Positions 7,529 through 15,235 are shown, counted from the first letter of the stretch. The stretch is 18,305 nucleotides of DNA from an uncultured Solirubrobacteraceae bacterium (GCA_964588985.1 CAZPQW010000039.1:1-18305); one strand, 5' to 3'. Program-made: numbers and translations. Notes: generated by a model not told the origin, from the sequence alone.

Positions 7529-9813
7529 ACCTCCGCTCCCTCGCTCGCAACCTCGCGACCGGCGCGAGGAGCCCCGCCGTTGTGAAGCGCGCCCTGCCCG
7601 TTCGAGGTGGCGTCCACGTCGGCCGTGGGCAGCGTGCCCTCGATGTTGAGGCGCGGCAGCAGCCGGTCGAGTGAGGCGGGCAGCGACCACGTGACCTTGC
7701 CGATCAGGTGGAGCGTCGCCGGCAGCAGCAGGCAGCGCACGACGAGCGCGTCGAGGAGCACGGCGCTCGCGAGGCTGAGGCCGAACTCTTTGATGACGCG
7801 GTTTTCGCCGAGCATGAAGGACAGGAAGACGCACACCATGATCGCGGCGGCGGCGGTGACGACGCGTCCGGTGAGCGCGAGCCCCTCGCCGACCGCGCGC
7901 GAGTTCTCGCGCGTGTGCGCCCAGCGCTCGTGGATGCGCGAGACGAGGAACACCTCGTAGTCCATCGAGAGGCCGAACACGATCGCGAACAGCATCACGG
8001 GGATGAACGACTCGATCGGGCCCTGCTGCACGCCGAACACGCTCCCAAGCCAGCCCCACTGGAAGATCGCGACGATCACGCCGAGCGAGGCCCCGATCGA
8101 GAGCAGGTTCATCACGGCGGCCTGCAGCGGGATCACGAGCGAGCGGAAGACGATCATCAACAGCAGCGCGGAGAGCAGCACGACGACGCCGATGAACAGC
8201 GGCAGCTTGTGCCCGAGGACGGTCGCGAAGTCGACCGAGCCGGCGGTGACGCCGCCGACGTAAGCGGTCAGGCCGCTGCGCTTCTCGATCGGCGGGATGA
8301 CGTGGTCGCGCAGGCGCGAGACCAGCTGGGTCGTGGCGTAGGCCTGTGGCGAGGAGCGCGGGTAGACGGTGAGCGTGGCGACGTTCCTTGCCGGTTCGTT
8401 GAGTCGCGGCGGTGCGACCGCGACGACACCGGGCGTGGCGGCGATGCTCGAACGGAGCGTGGCGAGCGCTGCCTGCGTGCCGGCTGGCACCTTCGCGACG
8501 ACGAGCAGCGGGCCGTTGAAGCCCGCGCCGAAGCCCTGCGCGAGCAGCTCGTAGGCTTTGTGAGTGGTCTGGCTGGAGGGGTCGTTGGCGGCGTCGCTCG
8601 ATCCGAGCCGCAGCGCGGTTGCGGGTGCTGCGATCGCGAGCATCGCGAGCGCCGAGACGAGCGCGATGCTCGCCGGGTGGCGCTGTACGAATGCGCTCCA
8701 GCGCAGCCACGCGCCGCCGTCGGGTGCGGCGACCGGCTCGCCCGCGGCGTGGCGTGCCGCGGCGCGGGCCCGTGCGCGCCGCCCGCCGACGGCCACGCGA
8801 GCACCGGCCAACGTCAGAAGCGCGGGAAGCAGCGTGAGCGAAGCGAGCATCACCAGCAGCACGCCGATCGAAGCGGAGATCGCTACGCCGTAGAGGAAGT
8901 CGACGCCGAGCAGCATCATCCCGAGCAGCGCGATCACGACTGTGCAGCCGGCGAACAGGACCGCACGACCCGCGGTGTCGATCGCCTGCACGACCGACTC
9001 GCGCGCGTCGGCGAACGTCGGTCCCGGGGTGGCGTAGGCCTCGCGGAAGCGGGTGAGGATGAACAGCGCGTAGTCGATCCCGACCCCCAGGCCGATCATG
9101 GCGGCGAGCTCGGAGGAGAAGTTGGGGGTGTTGACGACGTGGGTGAACAGCGCGATCGCCCCGAGCCCGGTGCCGAGTCCGAACAGCGCGGTGACGATCG
9201 GCAGGCCCATCGCGATCAGTGAGCCGAACGTGAGCAGCAGCACTACGATCGCGGCGAGCAGCCCGACCGCGGTGGACAGGCCGAAGCCTTCCTGCTGGGT
9301 GATCTCGATCGCCTGTCCGCCCAGCTCCACCTGCAGGGGGTGGGCGGGATTCGATACAGCGGCCGCGCGAGCGGTCTTGACGACGCGTTCGACGGTGCCC
9401 TTGTTCAGCAGGTTGGCTTTTTCGTCGAACACCACCGTGGCGAAGGCGATCGTGCGATCGGCGGAGATCGACTTCCCGGCGACCGCCCCTTCATAGGGGC
9501 TGATCACCTGGGCGACGTGGGGCAGTTTGCTCACTTCGGCGAACATCGCACTCATGCGCGAGCGCACCGCTTGGTCGAGGACCGTTCCGGAGCTGACCTT
9601 GTAGACGATCGTGTCGCGGTCGCCCGCCTGTTCGCGGAAGCTGTGCTGGAGCAGATCCGCGGCGCGCTGCGTGTCGGAGTTGGGCAGCGTGAAGTTGTTG
9701 GAGTAGCTCGTCCCGGCGGATTGCGCGAAGGCGTTTACGGCGAACAGGAGGACCACCCAGCCGAGCACGACGTACTTGCGGTGGGTCGTCGACCAGCGGG
9801 CGAGCTTCAGCAC
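7525..9813 (-). CDS. MMPL family (RND superfamily) transporter
   Basis: Two repeats with MIGLGVGIDYALFILTRFRE, TAGRAVLFAG, GFGAGFNGPL, FAIVFGLSMDYEVFLVSRIHE and TGRVVTAAAAIM. Confidence 0.95.
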   Translation of the reverse strand: MLKLARWSTTHRKYVVLGWVVLLFAVNAFAQSAGTSYSNNFTLPNSDTQRAADLLQHSFREQAGDRDTIVYKVSSGTVLDQAVRSRMSAMFAEVSKLPHVAQVISPYEGAVAGKSISADRTIAFATVVFDEKANLLNKGTVERVVKTARAAAVSNPAHPLQVELGGQAIEITQQEGFGLSTAVGLLAAIVVLLLTFGSLIAMGLPIVTALFGLGTGLGAIALFTHVVNTPNFSSELAAMIGLGVGIDYALFILTRFREAYATPGPTFADARESVVQAIDTAGRAVLFAGCTVVIALLGMMLLGVDFLYGVAISASIGVLLVMLASLTLLPALLTLAGARVAVGGRRARARAAARHAAGEPVAAPDGGAWLRWSAFVQRHPASIALVSALAMLAIAAPATALRLGSSDAANDPSSQTTHKAYELLAQGFGAGFNGPLLVVAKVPAGTQAALATLRSSIAATPGVVAVAPPRLNEPARNVATLTVYPRSSPQAYATTQLVSRLRDHVIPPIEKRSGLTAYVGGVTAGSVDFATVLGHKLPLFIGVVVLLSALLLMIVFRSLVIPLQAAVMNLLSIGASLGVIVAIFQWGWLGSVFGVQQGPIESFIPVMLFAIVFGLSMDYEVFLVSRIHERWAHTRENSRAVGEGLALTGRVVTAAAAIMVCVFLSFMLGENRVIKEFGLSLASAVLLDALVVRCLLLPATLHLIGKVTWSLPASLDRLLPRLNIEGTLPTADVDATSNGQGALHNGGAPRAGREVASEGAEV

Positions 9814-9835
9814 GAGGACTAGGGTAGCTGGCTGC

Positions 9836-10384
9836 TCAGTTGACGCTCGGGTCGAGCGGCATCCGCGCGATCAACGCGTAGCTGCCGCCCATGCGAGTGA
9901 GCACGCTGCCCCACAGACCTTCGGGCACGTCGCTGAAGACGTCCTCCGGCAGGGCGGGGTGCGCGATCCAGTCGTCGTTGGCGACCTCCGCGTCGAGCTG
10001 CCCCGCGCTCCAGCCGGCGTAGCCCGCGAACACGCGTCGTCGCGCGGTGCTCTGCATGAGCTCCTCGATGCCCGCCTCCGGGGCGGGGAAGCCGATGCGC
10101 CCGAGCACGAGCAGTCCGGCGGGGTCGGGGTCGAGGAACTCGGCGAGGAACACGATCGACGTGGGCTGGACGGGACCGCCGACGAACACCGGCTCGAGCT
10201 CTCCGACGGCATCCTCCAACAGCGGCGCGGCCTCGCCGATGGTGACCTCGGAGGGGCGGTTGAGCACGACGCCCATGGCGCCGTCCTCGTTGTGCACCCC
10301 GACCAGCACGACCGTTCTCGCGAAGTTGGGGTCCACCAGCGAGGGCGAGGCGAGCAGCAGCTGACCGGCCAGCGATTCGCTCAT
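9836..10384 (-). CDS. yqgE: YqgE/AlgH family protein (UPF0301)
   Basis: Start at ATG 10384: MSESLAGQLLLASPSLVDPNFARTVVL...GAMGVVLNRP...FVGGPV...RVFAGYAGWSAGQLDAE...DPSVN. Confidence 0.93.
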   Translation of the reverse strand: MSESLAGQLLLASPSLVDPNFARTVVLVGVHNEDGAMGVVLNRPSEVTIGEAAPLLEDAVGELEPVFVGGPVQPTSIVFLAEFLDPDPAGLLVLGRIGFPAPEAGIEELMQSTARRRVFAGYAGWSAGQLDAEVANDDWIAHPALPEDVFSDVPEGLWGSVLTRMGGSYALIARMPLDPSVN

Positions 10385-10446
10385 CGTGAACGAGGCTAGC
10401 GCTTGGATGGACGGACGGCGCCTGAGCACCCGATACGGTGCGCTCG

Positions 10447-11835
10447 ATGACGCGAGAGTTCGACGTGATCGTGATCGGCGCGGGACCGGCGGGCGAGGTG
10501 TGCGCGGGTCGTCTGGGGGCGAGCGGCGTGTCGGTGGCGCTGGTCGAGCGGGAGCTCGTGGGCGGCGAGTGCTCCTACTACGCGTGCATGCCCTCGAAGG
10601 CGCTGCTGCGCCCCGCGCAGGCGCTGGCGGAGGCGCGCCGCGTGCCGGGCGCGGCGGAGGCGGCGCGGGCCGAGCTTGATGTCACAGCGGTCCTGCGCCG
10701 CCGCCACGAGGTGGTGCACCAGCTCGAGGATTCCGCGCAGCTGCCGTGGCTTGAGGAGCGCTCGGTGACGCTCGTTCGCGGCCACGGGAGGCTGGTGGGC
10801 GAGCGCGAGGTGCGCGTGGGGGAGGAGCTGCTGCGCGCCCGCCGCGCGGTGGTGATCGCCACCGGCAGCGGCGCGGCGATGCCGCCGATCCCGGGGCTGC
10901 GGGAGTCCGAGCCGTGGACGAACCGCGAGGTGACGACGGCGAGCGCGATCCCCGCGTCGCTGCTGATCCTCGGCGGCGGGGTTGTGGGCGTGGAGATGGC
11001 GCAGGCGTACGCGTCGCTGGGCGCGCGCGTGACGGTCGTGGAGGCGGGCTCGCGGCTGATCGCGGGTGAGGAGGAGTTCGCGTCGGAGCTGGTTCGCGAA
11101 GCGCTCGAGCAGGCGGGGGTGCAGGTGGCGCTTGGAGTTAAGGCGGTGGCGGTGGAGAGGGATCTCTCGGGCGGTGTGCGCGGGCCGGTGACGCTGCGCC
11201 TGGAGGACGGTCGCTCGTTCACGGGCGAGGAGCTGCTCGCGGCGGTCGGACGCCGCCCTCACACCGACGAGCTGGGTCTCGAGTCGCTCGGGTTGGAGCC
11301 GGGCAGGCCGGTGGAGGTCGACGAGACGCTGCGGGTGGCCGGGCACGACTGGCTGTATGCGGTGGGCGACGCGAACGGGCGGGTGCTGCTGACGCACATG
11401 GGCAAGTACCAGGCGCGCCTGGTGGCCGATCGCATCCTCGGGCGGACCGACCGTGACCTGGCGCTGCGCTCGGATGGGCGCTCCTCGCCGCGGGTGATCT
11501 TCACCGAGCCGCAGGTGGCGGCGGTGGGGTACACGCTCGCGGGCGCGCGCGAGGCGGGGCTGAACGTGCGCGCGGTCGACGTGGGGGTGGAGGCGAACGC
11601 GGGCGGCAGTTTCGTGGGCAAGGACGCGCCGGGCACGGCGCGGATCGTGGTGGACGAGGATCGTGGCGTGATCGTGGGCGCGACGTTCACGGGCGTGGAG
11701 GTGGCGGAGTCGCTGCACGCGGCGACGATCGCGCTGATCGGCGCGGTTCCGCTGGAGCGTCTGTGGCATGCGGTGCCGTGCTTTCCGACGCGCAGCGAGG
11801 TGTGGCTGAACCTGCTCGAAGGCTACGGCCTGTAG
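10447..11835 (+). CDS. Class I pyridine nucleotide-disulfide oxidoreductase (LPD/MerA-like flavoprotein)
   Basis: FDVIVIGAGPAG FAD motif, redox-active GGECSYYACMPSK, IATGS, GGGVVGVE, AVGRRP, YAVGD and VIFTEPQVA. The C-terminus reads AVPCFPTRSE. ATG 10447 is the preferred start. Confidence 0.92.
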   Translation: MTREFDVIVIGAGPAGEVCAGRLGASGVSVALVERELVGGECSYYACMPSKALLRPAQALAEARRVPGAAEAARAELDVTAVLRRRHEVVHQLEDSAQLPWLEERSVTLVRGHGRLVGEREVRVGEELLRARRAVVIATGSGAAMPPIPGLRESEPWTNREVTTASAIPASLLILGGGVVGVEMAQAYASLGARVTVVEAGSRLIAGEEEFASELVREALEQAGVQVALGVKAVAVERDLSGGVRGPVTLRLEDGRSFTGEELLAAVGRRPHTDELGLESLGLEPGRPVEVDETLRVAGHDWLYAVGDANGRVLLTHMGKYQARLVADRILGRTDRDLALRSDGRSSPRVIFTEPQVAAVGYTLAGAREAGLNVRAVDVGVEANAGGSFVGKDAPGTARIVVDEDRGVIVGATFTGVEVAESLHAATIALIGAVPLERLWHAVPCFPTRSEVWLNLLEGYGL

Positions 11836-11847
11836 GGCGGCCTCCGT

Positions 11848-13368
11848 CTAGCTTGCGGAGAAGATGTCGAGCGTGCCGCTGAGCTGGTGGTCGTTGGCGT
11901 TGCCCTCCGGCTCGACCACGTGGCTGTCGACGACGATCGGGCTGTTCCAATGTCCGCTCGCGCCGGGCAGCTTGGCTACCGGGCGCGGTGAGGCAGGCTT
12001 ATAGATATTAATTCCGCCGCCGCTGAGGTCGTAGACGTAGAGCAGGCCGCCCGCCATCACGGGGCTGGTGCCCGGAGTGGAGTTTTCCCAGGCTCGGTAG
12101 AGCCGCCCGGCGCGCAGTACGTACGCGGCGGTGCCGCCTTCGTCGGCGACGAACATCGTGGTGTGCCCGCGCCGCTGCCAGACCGCGGGCGCGGAGAACA
12201 GCTCGCCGCCGCCGGGGATCGACAGCCGCTGGATTTCGCCGCCGAGCGGGTGAACGCGCGTGCGCGCTCCGGTGGGCGGGTGGCCGTCGAGACGCGAGAG
12301 CGCGAGCACGCGCAGGATGCCGTCCTTGCCGGCGAGCACGATGCGGTCGTGGCCGAGCAGCGCGGGTGCGCTTGAGCCTAGGTCGGTGTCGCCGCTGTTG
12401 AGCTGCGCCTGGTTGGTGGGGGTGAAGGACTGGCGCAGGGCGAGCGTGGGGAACGTGAGCTCGAGAGCGCTGTCGCCGAAGTTGGTGGTGCCGTTCCAGG
12501 GGCCGTTGCCGGTGTCGATGAGGATGCGCCCGTTGCGGGGCTCGACCACCGGCCCGCCTCGCGAGAGGATCGCGGAGTCGCTCGCGGAGCACGTGCTGGG
12601 GGCGAGGATTTCGTGGCGGTTGGCGCAGAGCGTGTTGAACACCTTCGAGATCCGCCCGCTGGCGCGGTCGATCGCGACGACGTGGCCCTGGTAGGGAGGG
12701 GCGTCGCCGTAGTAGCCGCCGGTGGTGGCGAGCAGGTCGCCGCCGTCGATGTTGAGCGCGGCTGCGAGCTTCTCGTGGGTGGGGTCGCGCGTAATCGGCA
12801 CAGGCCACGAGCCGCCCGCGGCCTCGCTGCCGCTTGCGAGCGAGAGCTTGTGGATGAGGCCGTTGGGTGAGGCGGCGTAGACGAACCGCCTGTTGGGGTC
12901 GGCGAGCGGGCTGGTGGTTGTGATCTGCGAGCTGCCCGCCCAGCGGCTGTAGCCGGGAGGCGTGAACGTCCACAGGATCCTGCCGCTGTCGGCGTCGATG
13001 GCGATCGTCTTGCCGTACGTGGTGGTGACGACGATCGTGTTGTGGGTGGCGCCATCGACGCTCGCGCCGTGCAAGTAGATCGGCGAGGAGTCGACCGTGC
13101 CGGCGAGCTTCACGGTCCTGCGCGCGAGATGCCCGACGTTGGCGGCGGTGATGCCGGTGGAGAGTTCGCTGACGCCGCTGCGTTGAGGATTGAGGCCGAA
13201 CTCGGGCCAGTCGAGCAGTCGCGCAGAGGAGGTGTGCGCGGGCGCTGGAATCGCGCTGACGCCGGCGGTGGGCGTGGAGACGTCGGCGGGGGCGCTGCTG
13301 CCGCAGGCCGCGAGCACGACGCCGACGGACGCCGTCGCGCCGAGGCGGATGAGCTGGCGGGGAACCAT
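11848..13368 (-). CDS. PQQ-repeat beta-propeller lipoprotein
   Basis: ATG 13368: MVPRQLIRLGATASVGVVLAAC (lipobox), DWPEFGLNPQRSG, AIDADSGRILW Trp-docking repeat, DTDLGSSAP and AGKDG. Confidence 0.8.
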   Translation of the reverse strand: MVPRQLIRLGATASVGVVLAACGSSAPADVSTPTAGVSAIPAPAHTSSARLLDWPEFGLNPQRSGVSELSTGITAANVGHLARRTVKLAGTVDSSPIYLHGASVDGATHNTIVVTTTYGKTIAIDADSGRILWTFTPPGYSRWAGSSQITTTSPLADPNRRFVYAASPNGLIHKLSLASGSEAAGGSWPVPITRDPTHEKLAAALNIDGGDLLATTGGYYGDAPPYQGHVVAIDRASGRISKVFNTLCANRHEILAPSTCSASDSAILSRGGPVVEPRNGRILIDTGNGPWNGTTNFGDSALELTFPTLALRQSFTPTNQAQLNSGDTDLGSSAPALLGHDRIVLAGKDGILRVLALSRLDGHPPTGARTRVHPLGGEIQRLSIPGGGELFSAPAVWQRRGHTTMFVADEGGTAAYVLRAGRLYRAWENSTPGTSPVMAGGLLYVYDLSGGGINIYKPASPRPVAKLPGASGHWNSPIVVDSHVVEPEGNANDHQLSGTLDIFSAS

Positions 13369-13405
13369 CGAGATGGTTCTATCGCATCCGATAGGGTGAA
13401 CGCAG

Positions 13406-13858
13406 ATGGCCAAGACCCCGCAGGTCGGCGAGCCGGCTCCCGATTTCGAGCTGCCGGGCACCGAGGGCCCGTTCCGGCTCTCAGAGCACCGCGGCGAGCG
13501 TGTGGTGCTGCTGTTCTACCCAGGCGACAAAACCCTCGTCTGCACCAAACAGTTCTGCTCCTACCGTGACCGCGCCGAGGACTTCGCCTCCCTGAACGCG
13601 ACCGTCGTGGGAATCTCCTCCCAGGACCTCGACTCGCACGCGGCGTTCATCGCCCAGCATGGGCTGAACGTGCCGCTGCTGTCGGACGTGGACCGGCAGG
13701 TGGCGATGGAGTACAGCGCATTCTCGCCAAGGCTCGGGACCAAGCGCGCGGTGATCGTCATCGATGAGGAGGGGGTTGTGCGGCACCGGCACGATCATCT
13801 GCTGGGGCTGGACTATCAGTCGGTGGATGAGTTGAAGGGTGTTTTGGACGGGATTTAG
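13406..13858 (+). CDS. bcp: Peroxiredoxin, BCP/PrxQ subfamily
   Basis: VGEPAPDFEL, FYPGDKTLVCTKQFCSYRD (PxxxTxxC plus CxxxxC), GISSQD, PLLSD and KRAVIVIDEEG. Confidence 0.93.
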   Translation: MAKTPQVGEPAPDFELPGTEGPFRLSEHRGERVVLLFYPGDKTLVCTKQFCSYRDRAEDFASLNATVVGISSQDLDSHAAFIAQHGLNVPLLSDVDRQVAMEYSAFSPRLGTKRAVIVIDEEGVVRHRHDHLLGLDYQSVDELKGVLDGI

Positions 13859-13933
13859 CAGGGCTGCGCATTAGGCAATTGCTCCGCTTTGCGCAGATGT
13901 ACTTCTGTCCTACAAGTTGTCGCGTTTCCGAAC

Positions 13934-14079
13934 CTTCGCTGTGCAACCCTGCTCGAGCGCAGTGAAGTGCCGGAGGCACGAAGCGAAGAGTCGAGCCCGG
14001 TTGCACTGTCACCCACTGCATCGCCGGAGGCGGCAGGGTTGTAAACAGCCGGCCGGTGCCCTATCTGTTGTGGAGTGAC
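13934..14079 (+). ncRNA. Candidate structured cis-regulatory leader RNA (unassigned); alternatively a REP-like palindromic element
   Basis: Nested helices 13941-48/13999-14006, 13951-56/13991-96 and 13967-71/13975-79; second hairpin 14016-14036; alternative helix 13942-52/14033-43; 14008-16 is complementary to the start region 14070-79. Confidence 0.45.
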
Positions 14080-14737
14080 CCATCGGCCTACGACCGAGAC
14101 CACCTACAGACAACTTGTCCGCGAAGCAAGGGAGCGCCTTCGTCTGAACCCCTGTCAAGGGGCAGACCAGCTCGCAAAGGCGCTCGCATGTAGCGAGCGC
14201 ACACTGAACCGTGCGTTTGCGAGTGCTGGGACCACGATGCGTGACGACCGGAAGCGCCTCCGCTTGGATCGTGCCGCGCTTGTACTTCTAGGCGACAAAC
14301 CACCTTCAGAGGCTGCGCAGCGCGCTGGCTACGCGTCATCGCGACAGCTCGCTGAACCATTTCGCACGCAATTCGGGGTGACACCCAGTCGCATCCGAGA
14401 GATCGGTCGTGCTGAGAAGACAGTTCGCTGGCAGGCAAGCCGACGTGGCCCGTATAAGGGCTCGTGGCAGCAATATAGGCGTAGGCAGATGTGGCGCGCA
14501 GCGCGGCGCGTACTCCGTGCCGCCCATGCCGAACTCACGACAGGGACTTTGCCAGCCGACAAGGTCGAGCGCGCGTTGAAGCTGAAACTGCCGCGCCCGC
14601 GGGAGCCAAAGGCGCCATTGGCGCTCTACGAGGTTTTCGGCCCCGATGCGCGAGTGGTGCCGGAGGATCTTCTTCGACAGGTATGGGCCTCTCGTAGAGC
14701 AGTGCAGGAGGCTCAACGGTCACGCGGATCGACATGA
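14075..14737 (+). CDS. AraC-family helix-turn-helix protein with N-terminal HTH and unknown basic C-terminal half
   Basis: DQLAKALACSERTLNRAF...RLRLDRAALVLL...SEAAQRAGYASSRQLAEPFRTQFGVTPSRIR matches the AraC double-HTH pattern within residues of about 28-110. Confidence 0.8.
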   Translation: MTHRPTTETTYRQLVREARERLRLNPCQGADQLAKALACSERTLNRAFASAGTTMRDDRKRLRLDRAALVLLGDKPPSEAAQRAGYASSRQLAEPFRTQFGVTPSRIREIGRAEKTVRWQASRRGPYKGSWQQYRRRQMWRAARRVLRAAHAELTTGTLPADKVERALKLKLPRPREPKAPLALYEVFGPDARVVPEDLLRQVWASRRAVQEAQRSRGST

Positions 14738-14747
14738 GGGGCTCTCG

Positions 14748-14873
14748 ATGGGACACTTGACATCAGCAGAGGTCCTCACGGCTCTTGGGCTCCGTGCTCT
14801 CTGGAAGGCTCCGGAGTGGACTCTCAAGGTTGTCTTGGTTATCGATGCCATTAGGCTCCGGCGTGACCGGTGA
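14748..14873 (+). CDS. Putative 41-aa small protein
   Basis: ATG lies 10 nt after the AraC stop, preceded by GAGGGG. Sequence MGHLTSAEVLTALGLRALWKAPEWTLKVVLVIDAIRLRRDR is amphipathic with a basic end. Confidence 0.4.
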   Translation: MGHLTSAEVLTALGLRALWKAPEWTLKVVLVIDAIRLRRDR

Positions 14874-14945
14874 ATTCAGAAGAGTGCATCGCCATCGGTA
14901 AAGTCTCGGCGAGGAGATCAGGTACTTGGGTCGGGTGCCCCCCGA

Positions 14946-15011
14946 TCGCGCAAGTACGTCCTCTTGGTAATCAAGCAGAAAACCGATCTGTACTCCCAGG
15001 TTCTCTGCAGG
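14946..15011 (-). pseudogene. C-terminal remnant of a MazF/PemK-type toxin
   Basis: PAENLGVQIGFLLDYQEDVLAR resembles the last strand and helix of PemK/MazF (..LgrxIGxL...e..l). It begins right after the antitoxin remnant; the N-terminal part is absent. Confidence 0.5.
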
Positions 15012-15012
15012 A

Positions 15013-15235
15013 CTAAACGAGCTAGGTAGGCAAGCCGCGCGCGTACTCGGCCAACCCCGCGAGATCGCGATCTGGACCAGTGCGGGCAAGGATCTCGGCG
15101 TCGCGGGCGCCGACGCTCGCGTTCGAGGACCTGAATCACGACGTATGCCCGGCTTCGCCCACCGCCGGAAACGACAACCTCATCGATGAAAGCCGCGAGC
15201 TTGTCAGGTAGGCAAATTGCGATCTGAGTGCTCAT
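15013..15235 (-). pseudogene. Frameshifted ribbon-helix-helix antitoxin (MazE-like)
   Basis: MSTQIAICLPDKLAAFIDEVVVSGGGRSRAYVVIQVLERERR, then a frame change near 15110 gives ARDAEILARTGPDRDLAGLAEYARGLPT*LV*. The RHH strand-helix-helix pattern is clear. Confidence 0.7.

Noticed and set aside
7529-8710. N-terminal roughly 390 aa of the 1054-aa track ORF 5546..8710
   Set aside because: It is an Arg/Ala/Pro-rich off-frame translation of the MMPL gene. Protein-like sequence starts only near the MMPL stop.
13958-13990. Resemblance to hammerhead, SRP or HDV-like RNA cores
   Set aside because: There is no CUGANGA/GAAA core, no CAGG...GGAA...AGCAG SRP motif, and the spacing does not fit HDV P3/L3.
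14036-14060. TTGTAAA resembling a tRNA-Tyr anticodon loop
   Set aside because: No D arm, T arm (GTTCGA) or acceptor stem can be built around it.
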